Source: Octopus vulgaris (Eukaryota). From it: DNA of 64,000 bases. Where the stretch lies: assembly GCA_951406725.2 (NCBI GenBank), contig OX597841.1, forward strand, positions 22,754,001 through 22,818,000. The letters run 5' to 3'. Of this stretch, positions 1 to 11,922 are shown one piece after another. The number at the start of each line of letters is the position of its first letter. Positions within the stretch are counted from its first letter, which is position 1. The notes under the pieces were generated by a model. The model was not told the DNA's origin. It did not search any database and worked only from the letters and a program-made list of their open reading frames with translations. Made by a program: the position numbers and the translations under genes.

Positions 1-1743
1 GAAATACTGAATGAGCAATTCAAGAGTGTTTTCACTCCACCCCTTGGGCATCTCCAAATCACCAATCCAACTGACTTTTTTACCACTGCAGATATAAAAT
101 CAGAGGCGGCGACGATAGATTACATCGATATAAAGGAAGACGATGTAATCAAGGCTATAGATGAAATGAAAACAGACTCAGCTACTGGCCCCGATGGATT
201 CCCGGCAATCCTCCTAAAAGCATGTAAGAGAGTCCTAGCAAGACCACTGCAGTTCCTCTTTCAGAGCTTCCTTGCAGCTGGCAAACTTCCAAGAAAACTG
301 AAGGAAGGTAAAATATGCCCCATTCATAAAGGAGGTAGCAGAGCGGAAGCCAAGAACTACAGACCTATCTCTCTGACCTCACACATCAGCAAGGTCATGG
401 AACGAATAGTCAGAAGGAAGCTGATCACCTTCCTTGAAGAGAATGACTTGCTGCCCGACACCCAACATGGTTTCCGACCAGGGAGAAGCTGTTTAACTCA
501 GCTCCTACAACACTATGACTGGGTGCTGAAACGGCTGCTCAACCACTCAAATGTGGAAGTGATATATCTCGACTTTGCAAAGGCCTTTGATAAAGTCGAT
601 CATGGAATGATATGTCACAAACTGCGTGATCTCAACATAGTTGGAAAACTGGGAGAATGGCTCCATGACTTTCTGAAAGATAGAAGTCAGGTGGTAGTAG
701 CCAATGGGGCCACTTCCATTAACACGCAAATAGTGAGCGGTGTCCCGCAGGGCACTGTTCTGGGACCACTACTGTTCATAATGGCCCTCTCAGACATGCC
801 CTCAGCCACGCAGAGAGCCACGATCACAAGTTATGCAGATGATACAAAAGTTTCACAGGCAATACAGAACCCTGAGGACACTAAGCACCTGCAATGTGAG
901 CTGGACAAAATATACAAGTGGGCTGAAAAGAATAGCATGCAGTTCAATGCTGAAAAGTTTCAAGCTCTATACTATCAGCATGCAAAACTAAATGCAATAC
1001 CCAATGAATACACCGGACCCGGAGGAATAGCAATCCCAGAGGCACAATCAGTGCGTGACCTAGGTATTTACATGAGTGATGACGCGACCTTTCGTGTACA
1101 TGTTGCTAAATTGGCAATGAAATGTAGAAGACTGGCCGGATGGATCCTCAGAACCTTTAGAACAAGAGAACAAGAAACCATGATGGTCCTCTGGAGGACA
1201 CTTGTCCTAAGCCACTTTGACTACTGCTCTCAGTTATGGTCACCATCCAGTGTCAAGTTGATCACAGAGCTCGAGGCGATCCAACGTAGCTACACGAAGA
1301 AGATAGCCTCTATGCAGAATGTAAGCTACTGGGAAAGACTGAAGAGATTAAAACTGTATTCCCTGGAGCGTAGGCGGGAAAGATATGCCATAATATACAT
1401 CTGGAAGATCCTGGAGGGACGTGTCCTAAACTTTGGCATCGAGAGTTACGCAAATGCCAGAACTGGGCGCCACTGCGTGGTGCCTAGGACTCCAAACTCG
1501 CCATCAAGATGTAGGACAAGATTCTGTGATAGCCTGGGCTTCCGAGGCCCACAGCTCTTCAATATCCTCCCGAAGAACCTGAGAGACCTGCATGGGGTGG
1601 ATGCAGATGTCTTTAAAATGAAACTGGATCTCTTCCTGTCAGGTGTCCCAGATGAACCAACTTCACGGCAGGAGGTGCAGATGAGGGCAGCTGCATCGAA
1701 CTCTCTCATGCACCAAATGGCAGTTGCTAAAAAGCTTTCGTGA
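1..1743 (+). CDS. LINE ORF2, reverse transcriptase and C-terminal domain (frame open from window start)
   Basis: Motifs GPDG, NYRPISLTS, QHGFRPGRSC, YLDFAKAFDKVDH, GVPQGTVLGPLLF, YADDT, and the CR1-type C-terminus YCSQLWSP..LYSLERRR. Confidence 0.92.
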   Translation, partial: EILNEQFKSVFTPPLGHLQITNPTDFFTTADIKSEAATIDYIDIKEDDVIKAIDEMKTDSATGPDGFPAILLKACKRVLARPLQFLFQSFLAAGKLPRKLKEGKICPIHKGGSRAEAKNYRPISLTSHISKVMERIVRRKLITFLEENDLLPDTQHGFRPGRSCLTQLLQHYDWVLKRLLNHSNVEVIYLDFAKAFDKVDHGMICHKLRDLNIVGKLGEWLHDFLKDRSQVVVANGATSINTQIVSGVPQGTVLGPLLFIMALSDMPSATQRATITSYADDTKVSQAIQNPEDTKHLQCELDKIYKWAEKNSMQFNAEKFQALYYQHAKLNAIPNEYTGPGGIAIPEAQSVRDLGIYMSDDATFRVHVAKLAMKCRRLAGWILRTFRTREQETMMVLWRTLVLSHFDYCSQLWSPSSVKLITELEAIQRSYTKKIASMQNVSYWERLKRLKLYSLERRRERYAIIYIWKILEGRVLNFGIESYANARTGRHCVVPRTPNSPSRCRTRFCDSLGFRGPQLFNILPKNLRDLHGVDADVFKMKLDLFLSGVPDEPTSRQEVQMRAAASNSLMHQMAVAKKLS

Positions 1744-1835
1744 AGTAAAACCAAGTAGCAACACCAAATGGCGGTGCCCCAGCATGGCCACAGCTCATAA
1801 GCTGAAACTAGAATCAATCGATCAATCAATCAATC
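1..1835 (+). mobile_element. LINE copy 1 (CR1/L2-group non-LTR retrotransposon), 3' part
   Basis: RT ORF followed by a short 3' UTR ending in an (AATC)n tail. Confidence 0.92.
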
Positions 1836-1857
1836 ATGTCTCCAAAAAAGATTTTTC

Positions 1858-2056
1858 GTTTCATGTTCGTCTCTGTTGCGTTGCATTCTTTCCTTCTGTG
1901 GCTGGCTGATTCGGAGCGGATCTCAGAATTGAACGGCCAAAATCTGCGATGAGGGATCAGTTTCTGACTGAAGAATGAAGGCTTTGAATGACCCGTTTGT
2001 CTTTTGTTCGTCCCTTCGTGTATTTCACGTTATTTATTTATGTAAATGTTTATTAT
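1858..2056. repeat. ~200-bp direct repeat X, downstream type
   Basis: gtttcatgttcgtctctg...cacgttatttattta; copies at 6260, 7477, 11923, 13113, 15890, 17101 and a partial copy at 18802. Confidence 0.9.
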
Positions 2057-2712
2057 ATATATATATATATTATACATATATATATATATGTGTATGTATG
2101 TATATATGTATGTATGTATGTATGTATATATATATATGTGTGTATGTATATATATATGTGTGTGTGTATGTATATATATATATGTGTGTGTGTGTATGTA
2201 TATATGTGTGTGTATGTATATATGTATGTGTGTGTGTATGTATATATATATATGTGTGTATGTATATATATGTGTGTTTGTGTGTGTATGTATATATATG
2301 TGTGTGTGTGTGTAAGTATATACATGTGTGTTTGTGTGTGTGTGTATGTATATATGTGTGTGTGTGTGTATGTATATATATGTGTGTGTGTGCATGTATA
2401 TATATGTGTGTGTGTATGTGTATATATGCGTGTGTGTATGTATATATATATATATATGTTATTATTTATTTATCTAAAGGCTTATTATATACATATTGTT
2501 TTGGTGTTCTCTTTTGTGTTAAATATATATGTGTGTGTGTGTATATATATATATATATGTTATTATTTATTTATCTAAAGGTTTATTATATACATATATA
2601 TATATATGTGTGTATGTATATATATGTGTGTGTGTATGTGTATATATATATATATATATGTGTTATTATTTAATTATGCAAGTTCTCAAATGTTATTATA
2701 TACATATATATA
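2057..2712. repeat. Compound (TA)/(TG) microsatellite spacer (truncated)
   Basis: Dinucleotide runs punctuated by gttattatttatttatctaaagg. Confidence 0.95.
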
Positions 2713-5700
2713 TAGGAGGAGTGAAACAAAGGGACTGAAACAACTCAGGACCATAGGGGAAGGGAACCGCAAAAGATGGAAACAAACAGCGCACACGGGT
2801 GTGTAGGTTCTACCTGAGAGGTTCCTGCTGGCATGGAAAGCAAGGTGCAGGCTGCCGCTTTGCACATCGGGGACCCTGCCACAGAGACACGAGGCAGATG
2901 GACAAACCATCAACACAAGGAAAAAGGATGGACCACGCACCACCTGCCCCAAAGCGGAGGTACGCAGATGTTGTGCATGCCACAAACCGCCAACATGATG
3001 TTGTCGAAAGGGCAGCTGCTGAGCAACAATCTTTTTTGTGCATGGCACAAAAGATTGTACAGCAGCTGACCTGGCTTCATCAAACCCAAGCCCGCAGGTG
3101 GGACTACCCACTATATACAAGACCACCACAGCAAACAGACCCAGGATGGACACCGCCGGCAACAACGTACACCTCACCTCGATGCTCCTACTGAACATCA
3201 GAGGGCTGCAAACACTCAGTAACAGGACAAAAATCCCGTTCCTGACAGACTTTGTTGCATGCAATCAAGCCTTATGCATAGCACTTACGGAAACACACCT
3301 GAAACCGGACATAGCAGATGCGGAGTTACACATACCACAGTATGCTGTACTACGGACCGACAGAAAAGAAAGGAGTCATGGAGGTGTTGCTATGTACATC
3401 CGTGAGGACCTCACACCCCAGGTCCTCTTGTCATACTCAAACTCGGTGTGTGACACACTAATTGTACATATTAGGCAACTTGATGTAGTTGTGTGTGCTA
3501 CATATCGCCCTCCAGATGCCCCAAGCCATGTGGGCAAGTTTGAAGACTGCCTTATAAAAATAGAAGAAGTTCTAACCACATTAGAACAACACATAAGTGT
3601 ACTTCTTATGGGAGACTTCAATCTGCCCAGTGTCAGATGGCCCGAGGGCCTTTCTCTCCCAGGAATGACAAGATGTGAACGAGGACAGGCGAGGTCCCTC
3701 CTGAACCTCATCAACACCCTGTACATGGAGCAGGTAATACTCCAACCAACCAGGGCAGGTAACACACTGGATCTCTGCTTCACAAATGACATGGATCTCA
3801 TCCATAATGTAAAAGTGACACCGACACTACTCTCGGATCACAACATGATAGAGCTGACCAAAAGAGTACGGGCCAAAAGAGAGCACGGACATGCAGCCTA
3901 CAAGAAACCCTCAGAATCTTTCCAGCTTGAACTACCATAAGGCAAACTGGAAACATATTGAGAAAGAGATCCTCAAACAAAACTGGCCTAAATGTCTCTC
4001 CTCGCCAGACATCGACGTGAAACTTCAACAATTCATGTCTGTAATGCAAGCCATATGCTACAAATGTGTCCCAGAGAGAAAGGCCACTGTACACAAGAAC
4101 AAAATCCCCAGAGAGAGGAAAATTTTAATGAGACGGCGTACAAAATTTTCAAATCGCCTAAGCAAACAGATTGAAAGCAGTGAAAAGTCCCGCCTAAAAA
4201 TAAAACTGTTGGAAATCGAAAAATGTCTGCAACTCTCTCATGAAAAAGAAAGAGCAGACAAAGAAGCCTGGGCTATAGACAACATAAAATCTAACCCCAG
4301 AGCTTTCTACAGGTATGCCAAAGAAACAGCTATGGTGCACTGTAGAATAGGGCCACTCCTCGAAAAGGATGGCACACTTACAAGTAAACCAATGAGGGTA
4401 AGTGAAATACTGAATGAGCAATTCAAGAGTGTTTTCACTCCACCCCTTGGGCATCTCAAATCACCAATCCAACTGACTTTTTTTACCACTGCAGATATAA
4501 AATCAGAGGCGGCGACGATAGATTACATCGATATAAAGGAAGACGATGTAATCAAGGCTATAGATGAAATGAAAACAGACTCAGCTACTGGCCCCGATGG
4601 ATTCCCGGCAATCCTCCTAAAAGCATGTAAGAGAGTCCTAGCAAGACCACTGCAGTTCCTCTTTCAGAGCTTCCTTGCAGCTGGCAAACTTCCAAGAAAA
4701 CTGAAGGAAGGTAAAATATGCCCCATTCATAAAGGAGGTAGCAGAGCGGAAGCCAAGAACTACAGACCTATCTCTCTGACCTCACACATCAGCAAGGTCA
4801 TGGAACGAATAGTCAGAAGGAAGCTGATCACCTTCCTTGAAGAGAATGACTTGATGCCCGACACCCAACATGGTTTCCGACCAGGAGAAGCTGTTTAACT
4901 CAGCTCCTACAACACTATGACTGGGTGCTGAAACGGCTGCTCAACCACTCAAATGTGGAAGTGATATATCTCGACTTTGCAAAGGCCTTTGATAAAGTCG
5001 ATCATGGAATGATATGTCACAAACTGCGTGATCTCAACATAGTTGGAAAACTGGGAGAATGGCTCCATGACTTTCTGAAAGATAGAAGTCAGGTGGTAGT
5101 AGCCAATGGGGCCACTTCCATTAACACGCAAATAGTGAGCGGTGTCCCGCAGGGCACTGTTCTGGGACCACTACTGTTCATAATGGCCCTCTCAGACATG
5201 CCCTCAGCCACGCAAAGAGCCACGATCACAAGTTATGCAGATGATACAAAAGTTTCACAGGCAATACAGAACCCTGAGGACACTAAGCACCTGCAATGTG
5301 AGCTGGACAAAATATACAAGTGGGCTGAAAAGAATAGCATGCAGTTCAATGCTGAAAAGTTTCAAGCTCTATACTATCAGCATGCAAAACTAAATGCAAT
5401 ACCCAATGAATACACCGGACCCGGAGGAATAGCAATCCCAGAGGCACAATCAGTGCGTGACCTAGGTATTTACATGAGTGATGACGCGACCTTTCGTGTA
5501 CATGTTGCTAAATTGGCAATGAAATGTAGAAGACTGGCCGGATGGATCCTCAGAACCTTTAGAACAAGAGAACAAGAAACCATGATGGTCCTCTGGAGGA
5601 CACTTGTCCTAAGCCACTTTGATTACTGCTCTCAGTTATGGTCACCATCCAGTGTCAAGTTGATCACAGAGCTCGAGGCGATCCAACGTAGCTACACGAA

Positions 5701-6237
5701 GAAGATAGCCTCTATGCAGAATGTAAGCTACTGGGAAAGACTGAAGAGATTAAAACTGTATTCCCTGGAGCGTAGGCGGGAAAGATATGCCATAATATAC
5801 ATCTGGAAGATCCTGGAGGGACGTGTCCTAAACTTTGGCATCGAGAGTTACGCAAATGCCAGAACTGGGCACCACTGCGTGGTGCCTAGGACTCCAAACT
5901 CGCCATCAAGATGTAGGACAAGATTCTGTGATAGCCTGGGCTTCCGAGGCCCACAGCTCTTCAATATCCTCCCGAAGAACCTGAGAGACCTGCATGGGGT
6001 GGATGCAGATGTCTTTAAAATGAAACTGGATCTCTTCCTGTCAGGTGTCCCAGATGAACCAACTTCACGGCAGGAGGTGCAGATGAGGGCAGCTGCATCG
6101 AACTCTCTCATGCACCAAATGGCAGTTGCTAAAAAGCTTTCGTGAAGTAAAACCAAGTAGCAACACCAAATGGCGGTGCCCCAGCATGGCCACAGCTCAT
6201 AAGCTGAAACTAGAATCAATCGATCAATCAATCAATC
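2713..6237 (+). mobile_element. LINE copy 2, 5'-truncated within ORF1
   Basis: Matches copy 3 from ~2763 onward; 2713-2762 is a garbled version of ORF1 sequence; (AATC)n tail. Confidence 0.9.
3182..6145 (+). pseudogene. LINE ORF2 (APE endonuclease + RT), frameshifted
   Basis: APE motifs NIRGL, LTETHL, GGVAMY, YRPP, GDFN, LDLCF, SDHN. Frameshifts near 3860-3900 and 4884, plus a compensating indel pair at ~4457/4484. Confidence 0.88.
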
Positions 6238-6259
6238 ATGTCTCCAAAAAAGATTTTTC

Positions 6260-6453
6260 GTTTCATGTTCGTCTCTGTTGCGTTGCATTCTTTCCTTCTG
6301 TGGCTGGCTGATTCGGAGCGGATCTCAGAATTGAACGGCCGAAATCTGCGATGAGGGATCAGTTTCTGACTGAAGAATGAAGGCTTTGAATGACCCGTTT
6401 GTCTTTTTGTTCGTCCCTTCGTGTATTTCACGTTATTTATTTATGTAAATGTT

Positions 6454-6497
<44 letters not shown>

Positions 6498-6504
6498 ATG
6501 TATG

Positions 6505-6535
<31 letters not shown>

Positions 6536-7235
6536 ATATATATGTGTGTATGTATATATATATATGTGTGTGTGTATGTATATATATATATGTGTGTGTG
6601 TGTATGTATATATGTGTGTGTATGTATATATGTATGTGTGTGTGTATGTATATATATATATGTGTGTATGTATATATATGTGTGTTTGTGTGTGTATGTA
6701 TATATATGTGTGTGTGTGTGTGTAAGTATATACATGTGTGTTTGTGTGTGTGTGTATGTATATATGTGTGTGTGTGTGTATGTATATATATGTGTGTGTG
6801 TGCATGTATATATATATGTGTGTGTGTATGTGTATATATGCGTGTGTGTATGTATATATATATATATATGTTATTATTTATTTATCTAAAGGCTTATTAT
6901 ATACATATATATATATATGTGTGTGTGTGTATATATATATATGTTATTATTTATTTATCTAAAGGTTTATTATATACATATATATATATATGTGTATGTA
7001 TATATATGTGTGTGTGTATGTGTATATATATATATATATGTGTTATTATTTAATTATCTAAAAGTTATTATATACATATATATATATATGTATGTGTGTA
7101 TGTATATATGTGTGTGTGTGTGTATGTATATATGTTTGTGTGTGCATGTATATATATGTGTGTGTGTATGTATATATATATATATATGTTATTATTTATT
7201 TATCCAAAGGTTTATTATATACATATATATATATA

Positions 7236-7268
<33 letters not shown>

Positions 7269-7678
7269 GTTATTATTTATTTATCTAAAGGTTTATTATA
7301 TACATATATATATATATGTATGTGTGTATGTATATATATGTGTGTGTGTATGTATATATATATATATATATGTTATTATTTATTTATGTAAAGTTTTATT
7401 ATATACATATATATATATATGTATGTGTGTATGTATATATATGTGTGTGTGTGTATGTATATATATGTGTGTGTGTGTTTCATGTTCGTCTCTGTTGCGT
7501 TGCATTCTTTCCTTCTGTGGCTGGCTGATTCGGAGCGGATCTCAGAATTAAACAGCCGAAATCTGCGATGAGGGATCAGTTTCTGACTGAGGATGAAGGC
7601 TTTGAATGACCCGTTTGTCTTTTTGTTCGTCCCTTCGTGTATTTCACGTTAGTTATTTATGTAAAGGTTTATTATATA
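6260..7678. repeat. X (downstream type) + ~1-kb TA/TG spacer + X (upstream type)
   Basis: X at 6260-6460 and 7477-7678 with microsatellite between. Confidence 0.92.
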
Positions 7679-8220
7679 TTTCGCAGCGTACGTGCATAAT
7701 AACTTCTTTATGTTTATCATATCAAAACCCCTGCACGATGTCTTTAAACTATTTTCTTTCCTTCGCCATTGCTTCGTTGCCAAATTGTTTTGGCGCCTTT
7801 TTCTCCCAGCCTCTCTGATTCCTTCTCTCCCTCTCTCTCTTGATCACTGCTTCTTCTCTGATTCCTTCTCTCCCTCTCTCTCTCTCGGTCACTGCTTCTG
7901 TCCTCGCCTTCTACCCTCCTTGGTCCCCTCTCTCTTAGCCCCTCCTCTCTCTTACCCTCTTGCGACTTGCTGCCTCAGCCATTCTCTTTCCATCGGCCAC
8001 TTGTTCAACATGTGTCTTATCACCGAAATGGTAATTATTTTTCCACGCTTGCTGATATTGTTTTTGTGTCTCTCTTTTTGTGTTAAAGCCATAGGGCGCC
8101 TGTGTCATCCATGTTTTTAACCGTTACCGGTCGCACATTGGCGCACTTGATGCCATCTTTGAGAACGAGCGGGGCAAAGATGGCAAGAATGGAGACGATG
8201 AAAGAAGTCACCCCCACCTG

Positions 8221-8856
8221 GTGGATTCCCGGGAGGAGGTTTTGAGTGAGAAACCTGCCCGGGTAGTGATCCCAGGTGCAAGTTCTCCAACCGGCAGCAA
8301 GGGCCATGGAGACGGAGAACCCGGTGAAGAGGTAGAGGGAGGAGGAAGAACTAAAAGAAGGACTGGAAGAGCTAAAGGAAAAGCTCAAGCAGGACCAAAG
8401 GGTGAAACAACCAGGAATAGAAGTGGAACCGCAAAAGATGGAAACAAACAGCGCACACGGGTGTGTAGGTTCTACCTGAGAGGTTCCTGCTGGCATGGAA
8501 AGCAAGGTGCAGGCTGCCGCTTTGCACATCGGGGACCCTGCCACAGAGACACGAGGCAGATGGACAAACCATCAACACAAGGAAAAAGGATGGACCACGC
8601 ACCACCTGCCCCAAAGCGGAGGTACGCAGATGTTGTGCGTGCCACAAACCGCCAACATGATGTTGTCGAAAGGGCAGCTGCTGAGCAACAATCTTTTTTG
8701 TGCATGGCACAAAAGATTGTACAGCAGCTGACCTGGCTTCATCAAACCCAAGCCCGCAGGTGGGACTACCCACTATATACAAGACCACCACAGCAAACAG
8801 ACCCAGGATGGACACCGCCGGCAACAACGTACACCTCACCTCGATGCTCCTACTGA
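8221..8856 (+). CDS. LINE ORF1: basic G/K/R-rich protein with a CCCH-type zinc finger
   Basis: CRFYLRGSCWHGKQGAGCRFAH = C-x7-C-x8-C-x3-H. The frame is open from 8095, the start codon is uncertain, and the stop overlaps the ORF2 ATG at 8844. Confidence 0.7.
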   Translation: MDSREEVLSEKPARVVIPGASSPTGSKGHGDGEPGEEVEGGGRTKRRTGRAKGKAQAGPKGETTRNRSGTAKDGNKQRTRVCRFYLRGSCWHGKQGAGCRFAHRGPCHRDTRQMDKPSTQGKRMDHAPPAPKRRYADVVRATNRQHDVVERAAAEQQSFLCMAQKIVQQLTWLHQTQARRWDYPLYTRPPQQTDPGWTPPATTYTSPRCSY

Positions 8857-11809
8857 ACATCAGAGGGCTGCAAACACTCAGTAACAGGACAAAAATCCCG
8901 TTCCTGAGAGACTTTGTTGCATGCAATCAAGCCTTATGCATAGCACTTACGGAAACGCACCTGAAACCGGACATAGCAGATGCGGAGTTACACATACCAC
9001 AGTATGCTGTACTACGGACCGACAGAAAAGAAAGGAGTCATGGAGGTGTTGCTATGTACATCCGTGAGGACCTCACACCCCAGGTCCTCTTGTCATACTC
9101 AAACTCGGTGTGTGACACACTAATTGTACATATTAGGCAACTTGATGTAGTTGTGTGTGCTACATATCGCCCTCCAGATGCCCCAAGCCATGTGGGCAAG
9201 TTTGAAGACTGCCTTATAAAAATAGAAGAAGTTCTAACCACATTAGAACAACACATAAGTGTACTTCTTATGGGAGACTTCAATCTGCCCAGTGTCAGAT
9301 GGCCCGAGGGCCTTTCTCTCCCAGGAATGACAAGATGTGAACGAGGACAGGCGAGGTCCCTCCTGAACCTCATCAACACCCTGTACATGGAGCAGGTAAT
9401 ACTCCAACCAACCAGGGCAGGTAACACACTGGATCTCTGCTTCACAAATGACATGGATCTCATCCATAATGTGAAAGTGACACCGACACTACTCTCGGAT
9501 CACAACATGATAGAGCTGACCAAAAGAGTACGGGCCAAAAGAGAGCACGGACATGCAGCCTACAAGAAACCCTCAGAATCTTTCCAGCTTGAACTACCAT
9601 AAGGCAAACTGGAAACAAATTGAGAAAGAGATCCTCAAACAAAACTGGCCTAAATGTCTCTCCTCGCCAGACATCGACGTGAAACTTCAACAATTCATGT
9701 CTGTAATGCAAGCCATATGCTACAAATGTGTCCCAGAGAGAAAGGCCACTGTACACAAGAACAAAATCCCCAGAGAGAGGAAAATTTTAATGAGACGGCG
9801 TACAAAATTTTCAAATCGCCTAAGCAAACAGATTGAAAGCAGTGAAAAGTCCCGCCTAAAAATAAAACTGTTGGAAATCGAAAAATGTCTGCAACTCTCT
9901 CATGAAAAAGAAAGAGCAGACAAAGAAGCCTGGGCTATAGACAACATAAAATCTAACCCCAGAGCTTTCTACAGGTATGCCAAAGAAACAGCTATGGTGC
10001 ACTGTAGAATAGGGCCACTCCTCGAAAAGGATGGCACACTTACAGGAAAACCAATGAGGGTAAGTGAAATACTGAATGAGCAATTCAAGAGTGTTTTCAC
10101 TCCACCCCTTGGGCATCTCCAAATCACCAATCCAACTGACTTTTTTTACCACTGCAGATATAAAATCAGAGGCGGCGACGATAGATTACATCGATATAAA
10201 GGAAGACGATGTAATCAAGGCTATAGATGAAATGAAAACAGACTCAGCTACTGGCCCCGATGGATTCCCGGCAATCCTCCTAAAAGCATGTAAGAGAGTC
10301 CTAGCAAGACCACTGCAGTTCCTCTTTCAGAGCTTCCTTGCAGCTGGCAAACTTCCAAGAAAACTGAAGGAAGGTAAAATATGCCCCATTCATAAAGGAG
10401 GTAGCAGAGCGGAAGCCAAGAACTACAGACCTATCTCTCTGACCTCACACATCAGCAAGGTCATGGAACGAATAGTCAGAAGGAAGCTGATCACCTTCCT
10501 TGAAGAGAATGACTTGCTGCCCGACACCCAACATGGTTTCCGACCAGGGAGAAGCTGTTTAACTCAGCTCCTACAACACTATGACTGGGTGCTGAAACGG
10601 CTGCTCAACCACTCAAATGTGGAAGTGATATATCTCGACTTTGCAAAGGCCTTTGATAAAGTCGATCATGGAATGATATGTCACAAACTGCGTGATCTCA
10701 ACATAGTTGGAAAACTGGGAGAATGGCTCCATGACTTTCTGAAAGATAGAAGTCAGGTGGTAGTAGCCAATGGGGCCACTTCCATTAACACGCAAATAGT
10801 GAGCGGTGTCCCGCAGGGCACTGTTCTGGGACCACTACTGTTCATAATGGCCCTCTCAGACATGCCCTCAGCCACGCAGAGAGCCACGATCACAAGTTAT
10901 GCAGATGATACAAAAGTTTCACAGGCAATACAGAACCCTGAGGACACTAAGCACCTGCAATGTGAGCTGGACAAAATATACAAGTGGGCTGAAAAGAATA
11001 GCATGCAGTTCAATGCTGAAAAGTTTCAAGCTCTATACTATCAGCATGCAAAACTAAATGCAATACCCAATGAATACACCGGACCCGGAGGAATAGCAAT
11101 CCCAGAGGCACAATCAGTGCGTGACCTAGGTATTTACATGAGTGATGACGCGACCTTTCGTGTACATGTTGCTAAATTGGCAATGAAATGTAGAAGACTG
11201 GCCGGATGGATCCTCAGAACCTTTAGAACAAGAGAACAAGAAACCATGATGGTCCTCTGGAGGACACTTGTCCTAAGCCACTTTGACTACTGCTCTCAGT
11301 TATGGTCACCATCCAGTGTCAAGTTGATCACAGAGCTCGAGGCGATCCAACGTAGCTACACGAAGAAGATAGCCTCTATGCAGAATGTAAGCTACTGGGA
11401 AAGACTGAAGAGATTAAAACTGTATTCCCTGGAGCGTAGGCGGGAAAGATATGCCATAATATACATCTGGAAGATCCTGGAGGGACGTGTCCTAAACTTT
11501 GGCATCGAGAGTTACGCAAATGCCAGAACTGGGCGCCACTGCGTGGTGCCTAGGACTCCAAACTCGCCATCAAGATGTAGGACAAGATTCTGTGATAGCC
11601 TGGGCTTCCGAGGCCCACAGCTCTTCAATATCCTCCCGAAGAACCTGAGAGACCTGCATGGGGTGGATGCAGATGTCTTTAAAATGAAACTGGATCTCTT
11701 CCTGTCAGGTGTCCCAGATGAACCAACTTCACGGCAGGAGGTGCAGATGAGGGCAGCTGCATCGAACTCTCTCATGCACCAAATGGCAGTTGCTAAAAAG
11801 CTTTCGTGA
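8844..11809 (+). pseudogene. LINE ORF2 APE-RT (~985 aa if two +1 shifts are corrected)
   Basis: ORF-track pieces 8700-9602, 9553-10230 and 10076-11809. The second shift is a T7 run at 10141 where copy 1 has T6. Confidence 0.9.
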
Positions 11810-11922
11810 AGTAAAACCAAGTAGCAACACCAAATGGCGGTGCCCCAGCATGGCCACAGCTCATAAGCTGAAACTAGAATCAATCGATCAATCAATCAAT
11901 CATGTCTCCAAAAAGATTTTTC

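Larger units (their letters stand above)
7680..11901 (+). mobile_element. LINE copy 3, apparently full length (~4.2 kb)
   Basis: CT-rich 5' region, ORF1, overlapping APE-RT ORF2, 3' UTR and (AATC)n tail; exact 5' end uncertain. Confidence 0.9.

Noticed and set aside
1446-1829. Antisense ORFs repeated in each LINE copy
   Set aside because: Shadow frames; their recurrence only reflects the near-identity of the copies
1900-2000. Hammerhead ribozyme in repeat X (ctgaaga..gaat; ggctg..cagccgaaa)
   Set aside because: I could not assemble CUGANGA, GAAA and NUH with consistent stems
1975-2738. Long Y/I/V/C/M-rich ORFs in all spacers and (TA)n tracts
   Set aside because: Stop-free translations of dinucleotide repeats
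6860-7410. CRISPR-like recurrence of a ~30-bp motif
   Set aside because: Intervening sequences are microsatellite, not unique spacers; eukaryotic context with no cas genes
7738-7743. atgtct as LINE target-site duplication (also follows the tail)
   Set aside because: Only 6 bp; could be chance, so the 5' end remains undefined
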